Source of the DNA: Hyaloraphidium curvatum SAG 235-1
Lineage: Eukaryota; Fungi; Monoblepharomycota
Reading direction: 5' to 3'
Assembly: GCA_025558095.1 (NCBI GenBank)
Contig: JAIVFI010000009.1
Span: forward strand, 496,001 to 560,000
Length of the DNA: 64,000 nucleotides
Shown here: in pieces, positions 12,895-25,155 of the stretch
Layout of the letters: every line of letters starts with the position of its first letter
Numbering within the stretch: position 1 is the stretch's first letter
Notes under the pieces: model-generated
The model's database searches: none
The model's input: the letters and a program-made list of their open reading frames with translations, nothing else
What the model was told of the DNA's origin: nothing
Program-made: the position numbers and the translations under genes

Positions 12895-14848
12895 ATGGGC
12901 GGCAGCGTGCGCGGCGTGCGGGTTGCGGCGGTTGCGGCGGCGCTGCTTTCGGGGCTCGCGGCGGCGGCCGGCCAGCGCGCCGACTGCCCCGTGGCGCCGG
13001 GCACGTTCAGCGCGGACGCCGACTACTCTTCCGTGTTCAACACGTCCGCGATGGCGATGGGCGGCTTCAAAATCGAGCGCGGGCCGGCGCACGCCGTGCT
13101 GACCGACCGCGCCGGCGCCGTCTCCGTCGTCTATCTGTGCAACACGCCGCGGCCAGACGTGGCCGGCGCGCGCTTCTTCGAGGCGCCCGTGCGCGCCGCG
13201 GCGCTCGCCGACAACGCGCTGGCGCCCTTTGTGCAGCGCGCGGGCGGCGCATCGGCGCTGGCAAACGTCGCAAACGCCGCCGCAGTCGTCGACCCGTGCG
13301 TGCAGCGCAGGGTGGTCGAGGGATCGATCAACGGCTCCGTCACCGGCATCGACGTCGTCTTCACCACCTCGGCACGCTCGGCCGCCGGCTGGGACGAGAA
13401 CCTGGTCGTGACCGTGTCGGCGGACGCGGAGGACGACCCCCTCGACGTGGGTGGCCGATCCCTCCCGCCTTGCTTCCCAACCTTACCCGCTCCTCCCAAA
13501 ACAATCAGCGCCTGCAATGGCTGCACTTTATAGCCCCCTTCTTCCTCGGCTCCGAGGCCGCCGCAGAGGCCGTCGACGAGGCCGAGGCCGCCTACAACTG
13601 CTCCATGGCCGCCCTCATGGTGGCCCGCCCGAAGCCCGAGGTCGCCTGGCTGCGCAAACTGCCCGACGGCACCGTGCTGGTCGACGACGCCGAGTGGAAG
13701 CAGAAGCTGGTCAGGGACGCCGGTGGGTAGCCACAACGGGGCGGGCAGACCGGCTGGATCACTGGATCAGCGGTCGCTGCTGGCCTCGGGGCCGGGATCA
13801 GCTCCGCGCCTCCTACCGATCGCTCATCCCCGTCTCTCCAGGTATGAACCCCGCGCACAACTACTCGCAGCCCCTGGACGCCGACGGCCTCGTCACCGTG
13901 CTCACCAACGCCGACATCATCATCGACTCGACCAACTCGACCCCGCTCTTTGCCGACTTCCTCGCCGCCTACGGCATCGACGACGGCGGCACCACGTCGC
14001 CGTACCCCGCCATCAAGAACAAGATGGTGTGGAAGACGGACCGCATCGTCAATGCGCAGCGCGCGCCCGAGTGGGACACGGAGATCTGGGCGAGGCCTGA
14101 GGAGGCGCTCTTGGGTAAACATCCTGCGACCGCCGAACGTCGTGCGTCGCTGACGTTTGTGCCAGACCTCGCCGACGCCGCGTGGGAGACGTACAAGTCG
14201 GGCCAGGCGAAGCGCTACTTCCGCAACATCGCGAAATGTTGGTGAACGACACGCATCTAGCCTTCTCCCTCTCACCTTCTTTTCCACGCAGCCGATGAGC
14301 AGTTCACCTTCACGGCGAGCGACTGCGCCGACCCCGCCAACCCCCCCGCCCGCCCCGACGCCTCGTGCCCCGACACGCCCTTTGGCGGCAACGCCCCCGT
14401 CCCCGCGTGGACCACCTCCGCCCCCTCGGGCGGCGGCACCCCCGACGGTGGCGACGGCGACGGCTCGGGCGACGGCTCGGGCGACGGTTCGGGCGACGGT
14501 TCGGGCGACGGCAACGACGGCGAGAGCGACGCCTCGTCGGCCGCCCCACCCTCGTCGGGCCAGCTCGCCGGCATTGTCGTCGGCACCTCGGTCGGCGTGA
14601 TCGCCGTGGCCGGCGCCGCGCTGCTGATCCTCAAGTGGCGCGGGAGGGACGTGCTCCCCCGCCTGTCCCCTCCCAGGGGAACCCGCTCGTCCGGGCTCGA
14701 CACGCCGCTGCCGCTCAACAGCTCGTCGTACAAGGAGATGCGCGACGGCGAGGTGGTGTTGCCCGCCGGGGCCAGGGACCCCGAGACGCCGTCGAGTCCG
14801 GACAACTACGCCAACCTGGAGCTTTACACGCTCGACCCCGAGGACTGA
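12895..14848 (+). CDS. Type I membrane protein with periplasmic-binding (BtuF/TroA-like) fold; CBA1-like cobalamin-binding candidate
   Basis: Signal peptide; motifs VYLCNTP, DPC, EDDPL-RLQWLHFIAPFF, YNC, W..EIWARPE..L.DL, YFRNIA; Gly-Asp-Gly-Ser repeat linker at about 14450-14520; TM segment LAGIVVGTSVGVIAVAGAALLIL; several introns. Confidence 0.7.
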
Positions 14849-15024
14849 GCGTGCCGTGGGGGCGGGCCGCGGGTCGGTGCGCGCCGGTCGGTGTTGGATC
14901 CGGTGTATGTCGTAACGTTTGCGCCCGGAACATTTGAATCATTACCGATTATCCGTAGAGAGTGAGGGATGCCACACGTGTCCGAACCCAATGCCGAAGC
15001 CGAATCCCCGACCCCACGCCCGCG

Positions 15025-17941
15025 CTACATCTCCGCCGCCTCGGACGATGCCATGGGCAGTATCAACCTGTTGTCAAAGTGCACCGCGCTGCGGATCACG
15101 TCCTCCCCGATCTCGCCGTGCTCGATGGGCACCAGCGGCACCGCGGGCTTCCTCCCTGCGCGAAAGCGGTCAGCTCTCGCCGGACGCCTCACTCCCGCGC
15201 AACGGGGCAACCCACCGGCCTTGGTCGCCCGCACCAGCGAATCCACCCACTGCACCATGGCCACCTGCGTCTCGGCGCAGAACGCGTAGGTCCGCGCGGC
15301 GGGGTTGTGCGCGCGGAAGCGGTGCGGCGTGCGACCGCGGTCCAGCAAGCCGGTGGGGGCGTCGGGCTCGATCGCGTAGCGCTGGTGCAGCGGGATCGTG
15401 GCCTGCACTCGCGTGTCCTGCGCAAAACGGAGGGCGGTCAGCTCGTCGTCGCAAACGTGCGGTGCGGGCAACTCACCCCGGGACCGCCCGTCATGTGCAT
15501 CGTCGAGCCCATGAGCACGCACCACCGCTTCCTCCACCCCGAATCCTGCGGCCCGCGCACGTACAGCCACCCCTCCCTGTCCGGCGGGCCCCCCGAAAAG
15601 TCGATGCGGACCTCGGGCGGGGTGATCTTGGGCGCGGCGGGGAGGCCGATCAGGCCCGCGAGCGAGCGGCTGCGGCGGGGTGGAGGCGTCAGCGGGAGCC
15701 GACCTGCGCGCAACGAACGGACGCACCTCTTCCACTCCCTGGTGTCCTTGGGCGGCGCCTCGTACCCGTAGCCCGACGCGATCGAACCGTTAACCGACGC
15801 GACCGACGCCCTGCTCCCCTCCCTCGGCGGCGCCCCGACCAGTCCTCCCGCCCTAGTCTCTGAGTCCCGCCTCACCGGCACCGCACCTTGCACGGGCACC
15901 GGAAGTTGCGCGGGCAGCTGCACGGGCGCCGGCCCGACGTCCAGCTCCAGCCCCTTGCCGATCCCGTCGATGTCCAGCAGGTCCGGCGTGAGCCACCCCG
16001 TGCCCAGGGACTCGATCGCCGCCAGCACCTCGCTCATCAGCGTGTCCGTCCCCGCGGACCCGGCGTCGGGGAGCTCCGCTTTGGATGCGCCGGCATCCGA
16101 AGGGACGTACAACGTGTCGGAGGAGAACGAGGGGTGGTCGGCGAGGGAGGAGGCGTAGTACCCGATCGCCGAGAGCTCGTCGAGCTCCTTGGGGGGTTCG
16201 AGGTCCATGGAGCGCACGGGTGCGATGCTGAGGGAGCGGACGGGGCGAGGTTGGGGCGGGCGGGGCTGCGCGGTCGAGAGGGAGCGCAGCACGGGGTGCG
16301 ATTTCGGGGGCGGCTGCGCGGCGGCGGGGATGGAGGCGGCGGGCAGGCGGTGCACTGCCAGCGCCGGCGGTGCCGGGGCAGGCTTGGCCTGCGTTGGTGC
16401 CGGTGCCGGTGCTGGTGCCGGTGCTGGAGTCGGGGCCGGCTCGATCTTGGGTGGCTGCTCCTGCGGCGCCGGTGCGTGATCGAGGACAGGCTGGGCCTCC
16501 GCGGCCTGCATCACGAACGCAAACTCCGGCCCGATCGACAGCTCGAGTTCGGGCGGGGCTGTGGGCTCCGGTGCGACCTCCTGCTCCGGCTCGGGCTCGG
16601 GCTCCGGAGCCTGCTCCGGCGCGACCGCAGGCTCGGGCGGCGCGGCTTTCGCGTCCGAGATCGGCGCCTCCTCCTCCCGCACGACCTCCTCCGCAACTTG
16701 CTCCTTCCCCGCCGGCACCGTCTTCCCCTCGCTCCGCGGCATCCGCGCCGCCCGTTCCCTGAGCGCCATCACCGCGTGCATCGCACCCATCCTGCTCCCC
16801 AGGTTCTCGACGCCGTACTCGGCCCGCAGCGCCGACAGGTTGGCCGAGAGCAGCTCCGGCCCCGCGACGCCTCGTGCTGCATCCGGAGGGGGTCGATCAG
16901 CCGCATGCGATCGCGGGCGGCACACGGGCAGACGCACCGAGGAAGGCGTCCGCGACGTCCGGGAGGCGGGAAGCCCGCAGCCACGTCGCCACCTCCTCCG
17001 GGGTCCACTCGGCGGGGTGCTTCCCGAACGCCTCGTCGCCGTGCCGCGGGCGGTGCGGCGGGACTTCGGCGGGCTTGGGCTGCCGCGCCTGCGGGGCGGG
17101 GCGCGAGGCGGGCGCCGAGTCGCCGTACAGCGCGCGGAGGCGGGAGACGCTGGAGGAGGGGTTGGTGGGGTTGGAAGGGCGGGAGGGGGCGGGAGGTTGG
17201 GCGAAGCGGGAGGCGAGGGCGGCGACGCCGGGGGCGACGGCGCGGGGCTTGGAGGCGGGCCTGGGCTTGGAGGCGTCGGCGGCGGGCTGCGTGGCGGGTT
17301 CCTGCGCGGCGGGCTTGGAGTGCTGGGCTGGCTGGGGGGAGGAGGGTTGCTTGACGGGCGCGGGGGCCGGCGGATCGGCGTCCTTGGCCGGCTTGACGGT
17401 GACAGGTGCATCGCCCGTGATCAACGGCGCCCCGGCCAGCTGCACGTCCGCTGCCCGCTCGGCGACCGGCGTCGGCGACGGCGTGGGGTTCTGCTTGGCC
17501 GGCTGCGGGGCGGTTTGGGGCTGATCTGCTTCCCCGTCTTCGGGGGCGTCCCCGTAGTCCGAGCCCGGGCCGGGCGACGGCGGCAGCGACACGGGCGGCG
17601 ACGGGTGCGCGAACGGGGCGTGCGGCGGGGCCAGCTGGGCCTTCGCACCACCAGCAGCCGGTGGAGGGAGGCCAAAGGCGCGGGCGGTCTCGGGGTCGGG
17701 CGTGGGGGCGGGCGCGACAAAGGTCGACGGGAACAGCCCCGTGCGGCCGTCCTTTGTGCGGCCGCGCCACCAGCCGTCGCCGAACGCGTCGTCGGTCTCG
17801 AGGACGAGCACGGGCTCGCCGGCGCGCAGGGCCAGCTCGTCGGGCTCGGCCTGTCACGTCGGGAATTCAGCGCACAGAAAAGGGCAGCCCGAGGAGGCGG
17901 CCCACCGGCGCGTACGCGTGCTTGGCAACGTGCAGCGCCAT
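15025..17941 (-). CDS. SH3-SAM-PH polarity scaffold (Boi1/Boi2/Pob1-like)
   Basis: SH3 (FGDGWWRGRTKDGRTGLFPSTFV), SAM (WTPEEVATWLR; V.G.ELL), PH (REGWLYVRG..SGWRKRWCVL; RTYAFCAET..M.QWVDSL). Confidence 0.85.
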
Positions 17942-18424
17942 GGCGGCGGGGGCGGCGCACGGCGGCTGCTGAGAGCTCCCGGCGGAGGGAGAGGGGACGG
18001 TTGGGACCGCGGGAACCACGGGGGGAGGAGGTGGACCGAGCGCGGAACCGTCGATCACACACACCCGAATCATTCGCAGCAGGCCGGACAGACGGGCAGG
18101 AAAAGGGTCGGATCGCATTAAGACATGTCAGACAACCTCGGGAGTGGAATTGGACCCGCGTCTGCCGGCCCCCGCCCGCCGCTCGGGCCACCCACCCGTC
18201 CCCCATCCCGGCCACCGCCCGCCGGGCAATCCGACGCGACGCCAACGATCCGACCTAGCTCGTATGTACAGGAGTCCAAGGTGTCGCCGTGTGTCTGTGC
18301 CGAATGCAGTCCGTGGATCCGAGAAACGCGTCCGCGACCCGTCCCGGCCTCGCAGCCGCCTTCCATGCCTGCCGCGCCGAGTCCCGAGTCCGTCCCCGGT
18401 CCATGGCCGCCCCCTCATTCTGCT

Positions 18425-18670
18425 TCACCGCCTGGCCTGGCCGGTGTGCCCCGCCTGCCCCGCCTGCCCGCCGCGCCCCTGCTGCCCCGCCCCCCCGGCC
18501 GCCTTCATTGCCCGCACGACGACGGCCAGCCCCTCGGGGTTCACGCCGCACTGGCACAGCTGCGCGCAGGTTGCGAGCGTCGCGCGGTCCAGGCCGCAGC
18601 CGAGCAGCTCCGAGATGTCGAACAGCGCGGCGAGCGTCTGCTGCTCCAGCTGCGCGGACGTCGTGGCCAT
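18425..18670 (-). CDS. MZT1: Mitotic-spindle organizing protein 1 (MOZART1)
   Basis: LFDISELLGCGLDRATLATCAQLCQCGVNPEGLAVVVR is the MOZART1 signature. Confidence 0.93.
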   Translation of the reverse strand: MATTSAQLEQQTLAALFDISELLGCGLDRATLATCAQLCQCGVNPEGLAVVVRAMKAAGGAGQQGRGGQAGQAGHTGQARR

Positions 18671-18833
18671 GCCGCCGGCGCGCGACATTCTCCACCGGCT
18701 GTCTGCTGCCCGTCCCTCTGTCTGCGCAGGTTCCTTGCGGGTCCGGTCCGCTGCTTGCTGCACACGTCCCGCAAAGATCCCGTCACTCACTCGGCACCTC
18801 CACTCCCCGCACTTCCCCCCTTCCCGCCCTCCA

Positions 18834-19289
18834 ATGGCGCGCGCGGCCGACGGCGACGGCACGCTGCTCCCGCCCCCCCGCCCCGGCGTGGTCCACAAGG
18901 GCAAGCAGTCGCACGCGCCGTCGCCCACGCTCCCGCCGTCCCCCCCGCCGCCCGCCGCCGAACGCGACGACTTGGACGACTGCCGCGAGGACGGGCCGTG
19001 CCTGCCGTGCGACCCCGCTGAGGCGCGCCTGCCCTATTGCACGTCGGGCTACAAGCAGCCCCTCGCGTGCCCCGCGCGGAACGCGACGCTCTTGCCCTCG
19101 GACACATTCCGCGCGTGCGCCGAAGCGCAGGGCGATCCGGGCGGGCTGCTCGCATTCTTCCTTGCGAATTTATTCCTGCTGCTGGCGGCCGCCGCGGCGA
19201 TCAGGTGGCGGAGGAGGGTGCAGCTGGGCGAGAGGGGGCCGCCCCCCGCGGGGGACGTCCTGCGCGCGCTGTGGAGGGGGAGACTATGA
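18834..19289 (+). CDS. JTB-like cysteine-rich single-pass membrane protein
   Basis: Six-Cys pattern (GPCLPC..E...YC.SGYK..L.C...FRAC), then TM segment and RWRRR. Start uncertain. Confidence 0.65.
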   Translation: MARAADGDGTLLPPPRPGVVHKGKQSHAPSPTLPPSPPPPAAERDDLDDCREDGPCLPCDPAEARLPYCTSGYKQPLACPARNATLLPSDTFRACAEAQGDPGGLLAFFLANLFLLLAAAAAIRWRRRVQLGERGPPPAGDVLRALWRGRL

Positions 19290-19482
19290 TGAGGTGGTGG
19301 AGGGGGGCACAGTTACACTCGGAAGGACATGGACGCGGTCGGGAGGGGCACGGACGCGTTTCGGAGGGCTCGCGGGCAGGGAGTTCCGTTCCATACCACG
19401 GCGCCGGCCTAGGCGCCGGCCTGGGCGCCGAATACAGACGATACCACCGCCGCTCGGCAGCCGCCCGGCAGCCGCCCGGCAG

Positions 19483-21192
19483 CTAGGACGCCCCCCGCAG
19501 GTGCGACGGCGACCCCAGGAACAGGCTCTTCCACATGTACGCCTCGCTCAGCAGGAGCTCCACGTCCCGCGCCGTCCAGCCCTCGGTGGGCGGGCGCTGC
19601 AGGAACACGACGGCGTCCTGGAAGTCCATGGCACGCAGGCGCTCGCTCCACTTGACGAGGAACGCGGCGCAGACGTAGAGGTGGAACTCGGAGAACCCGT
19701 CGGGTTCGGACTGAACGGGGCGCCGGCACCGTCAGCGGAAGCCGGCACCGTCCCCGGGACGTCACCCACCAAATAAGTGTCCCACATCCGCACGATGCAC
19801 GCCAGCGGCACCTCCCTCATCAGCAGGCAGTTCATCCACCTGAACGCAAACTGCACGAACTCGACCCCCTCGTTCCTGAGGTGCGCCCCCAACGGGGCGT
19901 CGATCCGCCCCACCAGCTCGCGCAGCCGCACGATGCCGCGCTGGATACCCGGCTGCGCGAACGTGTAGTTGTCCTGGATGCCGTCGAGAAGCAGGCTGAG
20001 GCACCAGAAGGAGTCGGCCTCGACGGCGGGCAGCACCGACGGGTCGAGGGAGGGAAAGTCGACCGCGTTGGCGTCCGCCACGCCTGTAGAGCCCGCGCCG
20101 CGTTAGCGAGCACATGGCTCTCCACCCTGCGGGCCCCACTTACCGGCCATCGAAGCGAGGAACACCGAGTAGAACGGCGCCGCGAGGTCGTGTATCCCCT
20201 GCACGTACCCGCTTGCGGGGTGCCTCACCGCCCAGCAGTACAGCATCCTCTCCATGCCCTTTCTGACCTCCTCCCTCTCGAGCCAGGGCACGCCGCCGCC
20301 GGAGCGCTCGAGGTCGATCCGGATCTGGTGCAGCGTGCGGGAATCGGGGCCGCGCAGCGCTTGGGCGGCCAGGTCCGAGTACTCCCGGCGCTTGCGCGCC
20401 AAAACCGCGGGGCGCCGGTCGGCGTTGGCGGGGAGGTACGCCGTCAGGAGCTGCCAGCACCGCGCGCGCAAGGGGTCGGGGATGCCGGACCAGGAGAGGT
20501 TGCGGAGGGCGTCTGCCGGTGCCGCGGTCAGCGAAACGCGCTCCGGGCGCCGCAGCCGGACGGGCCCACCCATGTCGACGTTGGGGGCGTCCAGCACGGC
20601 CAGGAACTTGGCCTGCCGCGGGTCCGGCGGCGCCGGTTTGGCCGGAACCTCGCCCGGCCGCCCCTCGGCGGGCTGCCCCTCCGCCGCCCGCCCGTCCGCC
20701 ACCACCGTCGCCTCGGACCCCGCCCTCCCCGGGGACTTGTCCGCCACGGGGTCCGTTGGCAAGCCCGCCGGCCTGCTCGTCCGCGGGCTGCCCGTCCGCG
20801 GCGACCGGGTGCTCCCGAGGTCCACCTCGTCCTCGACGTACGCGTCCTGCTGCTCCTCCGGCTGCGGCGCGTCCAATACGGTGCCCAGCGCGCGTGCGGG
20901 TGTCTGCAGCGGCTGGGGTTTGAGCGCCGGGTCGGCGAGGGGGGGATACTGCGCGCCGAAGATGCCGAGCGGGGACGCGGCCGCGTTGACGATGCGGACG
21001 CTTCGTTGGGGGCCGGCCGCGGAGAACGGTGAGTCAGCAACTCGGCAGTTGCCAAGGCAGGGAAACGCACTGGCCGGGCGTCGACGTCGGCGTGCGCTTC
21101 CAGAACCCGCGCGACGGGCTCGGCGGGCGCGACGCGGGCGACGGCGGCCGCGTGCCCGGCGCCGCGGCCGTCGGCGACGCGTTTTTGGACAT
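19483..21192 (-). CDS. GYP1: Rab GTPase-activating protein (Gyp1/TBC1D22)
   Basis: LSWSGIP..LR..CWQLL, QIRIDLER, HPASGYVQGIHDL, QDNYTFAQPGIQ, QFAFRWMNCLLMRE; multi-intron. Confidence 0.93.
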
Positions 21193-21629
21193 GCAGGGGC
21201 GGCACGCGCGGGGAGGAGGCGGTGCCGCGCGGGGAGAGGGACGGGGCCGGGTGACGTGAGGACGCTCGAGAAAGTCAAGCAGAGCGAGTGACTTTTGGCC
21301 CGATCGCGAGTCCACACACCGATCCGCGGCCGTGCGTGCTCGTTCAGGCCGGAAACGGAGCTCATGCCTCTCTAGCGAGTCTGGGAAAGGAACAGGGACG
21401 GTGTTTGGCCGCGATTCCGAGCTGCTGTTGCATCGTGTGCCCGTCCGAGCCTGGAACCGGGCTGGCATCAAGCGAATCGCGCGCGCCGTTGTACTCTCGG
21501 AGCTGCAATGACCTTGTTCTGTTGCTAAAGACGAGATGGAGCGGAGGTATCGAGCTATGCCAACGGTTCTCGTGGACGCGAACGCCTCATCACCGCTCCA
21601 ACGTATAGGACACTTCCACACATCGCGCG

Positions 21630-22661
21630 ATGGAGACCCCCGGCTCCCCCCTTTCCGAGCTGCCGCCCGAAATTATCTACCACGTCGCGTCGTTCCTCCC
21701 GCGCCGGACCCAGCTGGAGCTCGCATGGGCGTCGCGCGCCGCGTTCGAGCTGGTCGCGCCGCTGGCCTTCGCGGTCCTCGAACCGCTGCCGAGCGAAGAA
21801 ATGGACCGAACGCGTGTCGAGCAGTGGAGGCGGAACGGTTGGCTCGGATACGTTCGCCGCGTCGTCGAGGATGACGAGGGTTGGTGGGAGACGGAACTGC
21901 TCCTCGAACTTTTTGTCACCCTGCCGCGGCTGGTCTTCGTGCGGATCGATTTCGAAACCTTGGAATACGCCAACACTCTCCTGGGGGCCGTGCCCGGCCC
22001 AGTCGAAGAGATGGACGTTCACGACAGCGCGTATCGCCGTACCCAAGCAGAAGGAGACTATGGACCGTCCAACTTCCCCCGCCTGCGTCGCCTGAGCTAC
22101 AGTTGCACCGAGCGTTTAGCGGATGGTGACCGCATGCTGGCCAATATCGTGTCTAAAAGCCCAGACCTGCATGACCTGTCGCTGAAGGTGTACACTTCGG
22201 ACGCCTTCGACTTCAAGGCTTACCTGGGACGGGACTTGATCCCCAAGGTCAAAAGCTTCTCGGTTATCAGTCAGCAGGCCTTCCGCGCTCTGTGTTCCGC
22301 TCCCGCCTTCCAGCCTCGCAGAATCAACATTGCGCCTGACGAGTTCGACGAGGAGTTCTTTGATTTCGACTACTTCACCACCAAGCCGCAGACAGTTGCC
22401 GCAATCGCGCGACTGCAATCGGTGCGGGTGCTGGATCTCGACTCGGTGAACTCGACCGACATCGCGGAGCACGGGCTTCCCCCTCACCTCGAGCAGCTCA
22501 TGGTTCCCTCTCTCCCGATCAGTGCCTGCTGGCGGAAGGGCGGCGTGGACAGGATCACAGCCATTCTCGAGTCGCTGCCGCACTTGCGGATCACGGCATC
22601 GTACGGCTCGAAAGGAGAGGTTGACAACTACGCGATGGCCGACGACCAGGATGCCGATTAA
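21630..22661 (+). CDS. F-box-like/LRR-like lineage-expanded protein, probably with a premature stop
   Basis: LSELPPEIIYHVASFL at the N-terminus and RNI-like repeats; the family C-terminal motif (EREVALW) lies in frame after TAA 22659-22661. Confidence 0.75.
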   Translation: METPGSPLSELPPEIIYHVASFLPRRTQLELAWASRAAFELVAPLAFAVLEPLPSEEMDRTRVEQWRRNGWLGYVRRVVEDDEGWWETELLLELFVTLPRLVFVRIDFETLEYANTLLGAVPGPVEEMDVHDSAYRRTQAEGDYGPSNFPRLRRLSYSCTERLADGDRMLANIVSKSPDLHDLSLKVYTSDAFDFKAYLGRDLIPKVKSFSVISQQAFRALCSAPAFQPRRINIAPDEFDEEFFDFDYFTTKPQTVAAIARLQSVRVLDLDSVNSTDIAEHGLPPHLEQLMVPSLPISACWRKGGVDRITAILESLPHLRITASYGSKGEVDNYAMADDQDAD

Positions 22662-22913
22662 GAACGGGAGGTCGCCTTGTGGACGCAGCGCACATCTCGT
22701 TAGCTGCGAGGCTGCCTAGAATCGCCGAAGCTTCATGATCTGGCACTGGTTTCCTTGATAGAGGTCTTCTGCGTTTTGAACGAGGGCCGAAACGCGGAAG
22801 AAGCCTGGCGTCGCTGTCAACAAGGGGTTGCGGCGTCGAACGCCGAACGCCGAACTCCTCGCCTCGAAAGGCGGCATCCGACCTCTCTCCCTCCTCTTCC
22901 CGACCTCCTCGCC

Positions 22914-23172
22914 ATGTCCGGCCGCGGCAAGCCCCGCGGCATCGCCCCTCCCGCGCCCTCGCTCGCCGACGCCCTCATGGCCGAGCTCGCGCACCCGGGC
23001 AACCTGAAGCTGGCGTTCCACGCCGGCGTGTTCCTGCTCTCGATCTACGTGTTCCGGGAGGTGGGTTGGCGCGGTCGTTTGCCGGCAGACAGGGGCGGCA
23101 GGCTGACGAGAATCCGCGGCTTGCGTTTCGCGCGGCGCGGCATCGCAGTACGGCGACCTGCTCGTCATGTGA
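22914..23172 (+). CDS. Small tail-anchored protein, TOM6-like
   Basis: Exons 22914-23060 and 23149-23172 give ...GNLKLAFHAGVFLLSIYVFREYGDLLVM*, resembling the Tom6 C-terminus. Confidence 0.55.
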
Positions 23173-23492
23173 GGCGATTCGGACAGAGGTGCTCTTCGGC
23201 ACCATTTGCGGTCGCGGCCCGCGTCGGCAGGCGACGGAGGCGGCACCGGTGCTGAGCATGGGCGCGCCCGGATTTCGAATCGGACTCTTTCCTCGGTCCT
23301 CCGCCATCGGCCGGGATTTCATGCTGCGAATGTATCTCTTTCAACATACAGCGGATCTTGGCCGAGCAATTTCGAGCGGGTCCTTTCCCTGCTGCGTTAA
23401 AGGCCCATCAGTTCCCGCCCTTCCGTCAACTTCATTTCTCCTCACTCCGGCCGGTCTCCAGACGCCTTAACGGCCGTGCCCGGAACGGTCCT

Positions 23493-24679
23493 TCACTTCT
23501 TCTTGGGAGACGCGCGCTTGCCCCTGGCCTTGGACGCGGCGGCCTTCTGCGGTTCAGCTCAGGGTTCAATGGGTGCCTGCAGCGTGGCGCAGCGCCAGCG
23601 CACCTTGGTGACCTTCCCGGCGCCGCGCTTGGGAACCGTTTTCTTGCTGGTGGCGACCTTGGCGGGTTTTTTCTTAGCGGCGGCGGTCTTCTTGGCGGGG
23701 GCAGCGCGGGCGGGCTTGGCGGCCGTCTGCAGAGGGCCAGGCGGCCGATCAGCGATGATCGGCTGCGGAAACCGGCTACAAACACCTACCTTGCCCTTGG
23801 CGGGGGTCGATCTCTTAGCGGCCGTGGTCGCTTGCTTCTTGGGTGCGGCCTGGGGAGCAAATATGCGTCCGATCAGATCCCCGCCGCACGGGGAACGAGA
23901 ACATCCAGCTGACCTTCTTGGCGGGTGCCTTCTTCGCTTTTCCGGCAGGTTTAACCGCTTGCTTGGGAGCCGCCTTCTTCTTGGACGCGGCGGGTGCCTT
24001 GTCCGAGGCAGGCGACGACTTGGCCGTCGATGCCTTGGATCTGGTCCTGGTCGCCCCCGACTGCTTCTTGGATTCCGAGTCCGAAGCCTGCTTTGGCAAG
24101 GTCGAGCGAAAAGGTCGCGGATCAGTGAGGAGGAACGGAAGCCGGCGATCAATCGCGATCGCGCACCTCCTTCGCGACCTTGACCGGGCCGGCGGGGCCC
24201 TTGGGCTGCTCCAAAAGACCCGAGGCGACCTCGCGCTTCAGAGCGTTGTTGAACCTTGCGTCGAATCCTCCTCTCGAACCGTGGACGTCGTAGCTGCCAG
24301 AGTGCGTCAGCGGTCCACAAGAGACGGACTTCAAAAGCGACCCGGCGTCGTCGACGCGGTCCCTTACTTTAATTCGATGTACTTCTTGAGTGCCTGTCGC
24401 GAGGTCCCGTTTCGCTCCTTGAGAGCGCTTAGTGCCTCTAGGAACATTGTGCGGAAAGGCGGGTGCGACGGTTTCGACCTCTGAACCTGCCGGGACCCGC
24501 GGTCAGCTGACTGCGGAGAGCATAAACGTCGCCGCGATCGAGTGGCCGGGGTGTTTGGGGACGCAAGGCGAAGCGGAACGGGATTCCCGTCGCGACGGTT
24601 CCCGCGTCACGGGGCGCGGGGAGCGGCAACGCAGAGCGGCGGAGGGGCGTCGACCACGGAAGCGCACCTTCTCAGCCAT
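23493..24679 (-). CDS. Linker histone H1
   Basis: Globular domain HPPFRTMFLEALSALKERNGTSRQALKKYI...LEQPKGPAGPVKV and Lys/Ala/Pro-rich tail; multi-intron. Confidence 0.92.
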
Positions 24680-25155
24680 GCCTTTACGAATCTGGAGCGG
24701 GGGAGGGGTGAACGGGCCGGCCTGGGAGTAGCGAGCTTGGGCTGAATGAGGTGCGGTTTTGGGTGACGGTTCGCAGGCGACTGCTCCGGATCAGTCACTC
24801 GAACAATCCGGTCGGAGTTCATCGTCCAGCTATATTTTACGTTCCACTAAAGGCAACCTCAAAATTCTCACGGCAAGATTGGGTTTCGCGCGCTCTGGAT
24901 GCCTTTGTAAACCATCAAAGCACCGTCATCGATCGTCGTGTCTCTGACGTTCGGGGAAGCTGGATCCCAGTTCAGGACATCACGTGTCCTTGTATTTGCT
25001 TAATGCATCGGCAAGGTAGCAGTATTCCGGGGTAGATCTCCTTTCCGCCGTAACACGCCCGTCAGCGGGGTCCCTCAACGGAAGTTGATCACGTCAGCTT
25101 GCGCAACCAACCACGACGTCCACCTTCGTCCTCAGGGGGCCTCGTTTCCATCGAG

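Larger units (their letters stand above)
5433..13046. repeat. Complete 7614-bp tandem duplication unit
   Basis: Junction at 5432/5433 (ACACGTC|TTTGTGGG) versus the uninterrupted continuation at 13046/13047 (ACACGTC|CGCGATGG). Confidence 0.93.
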
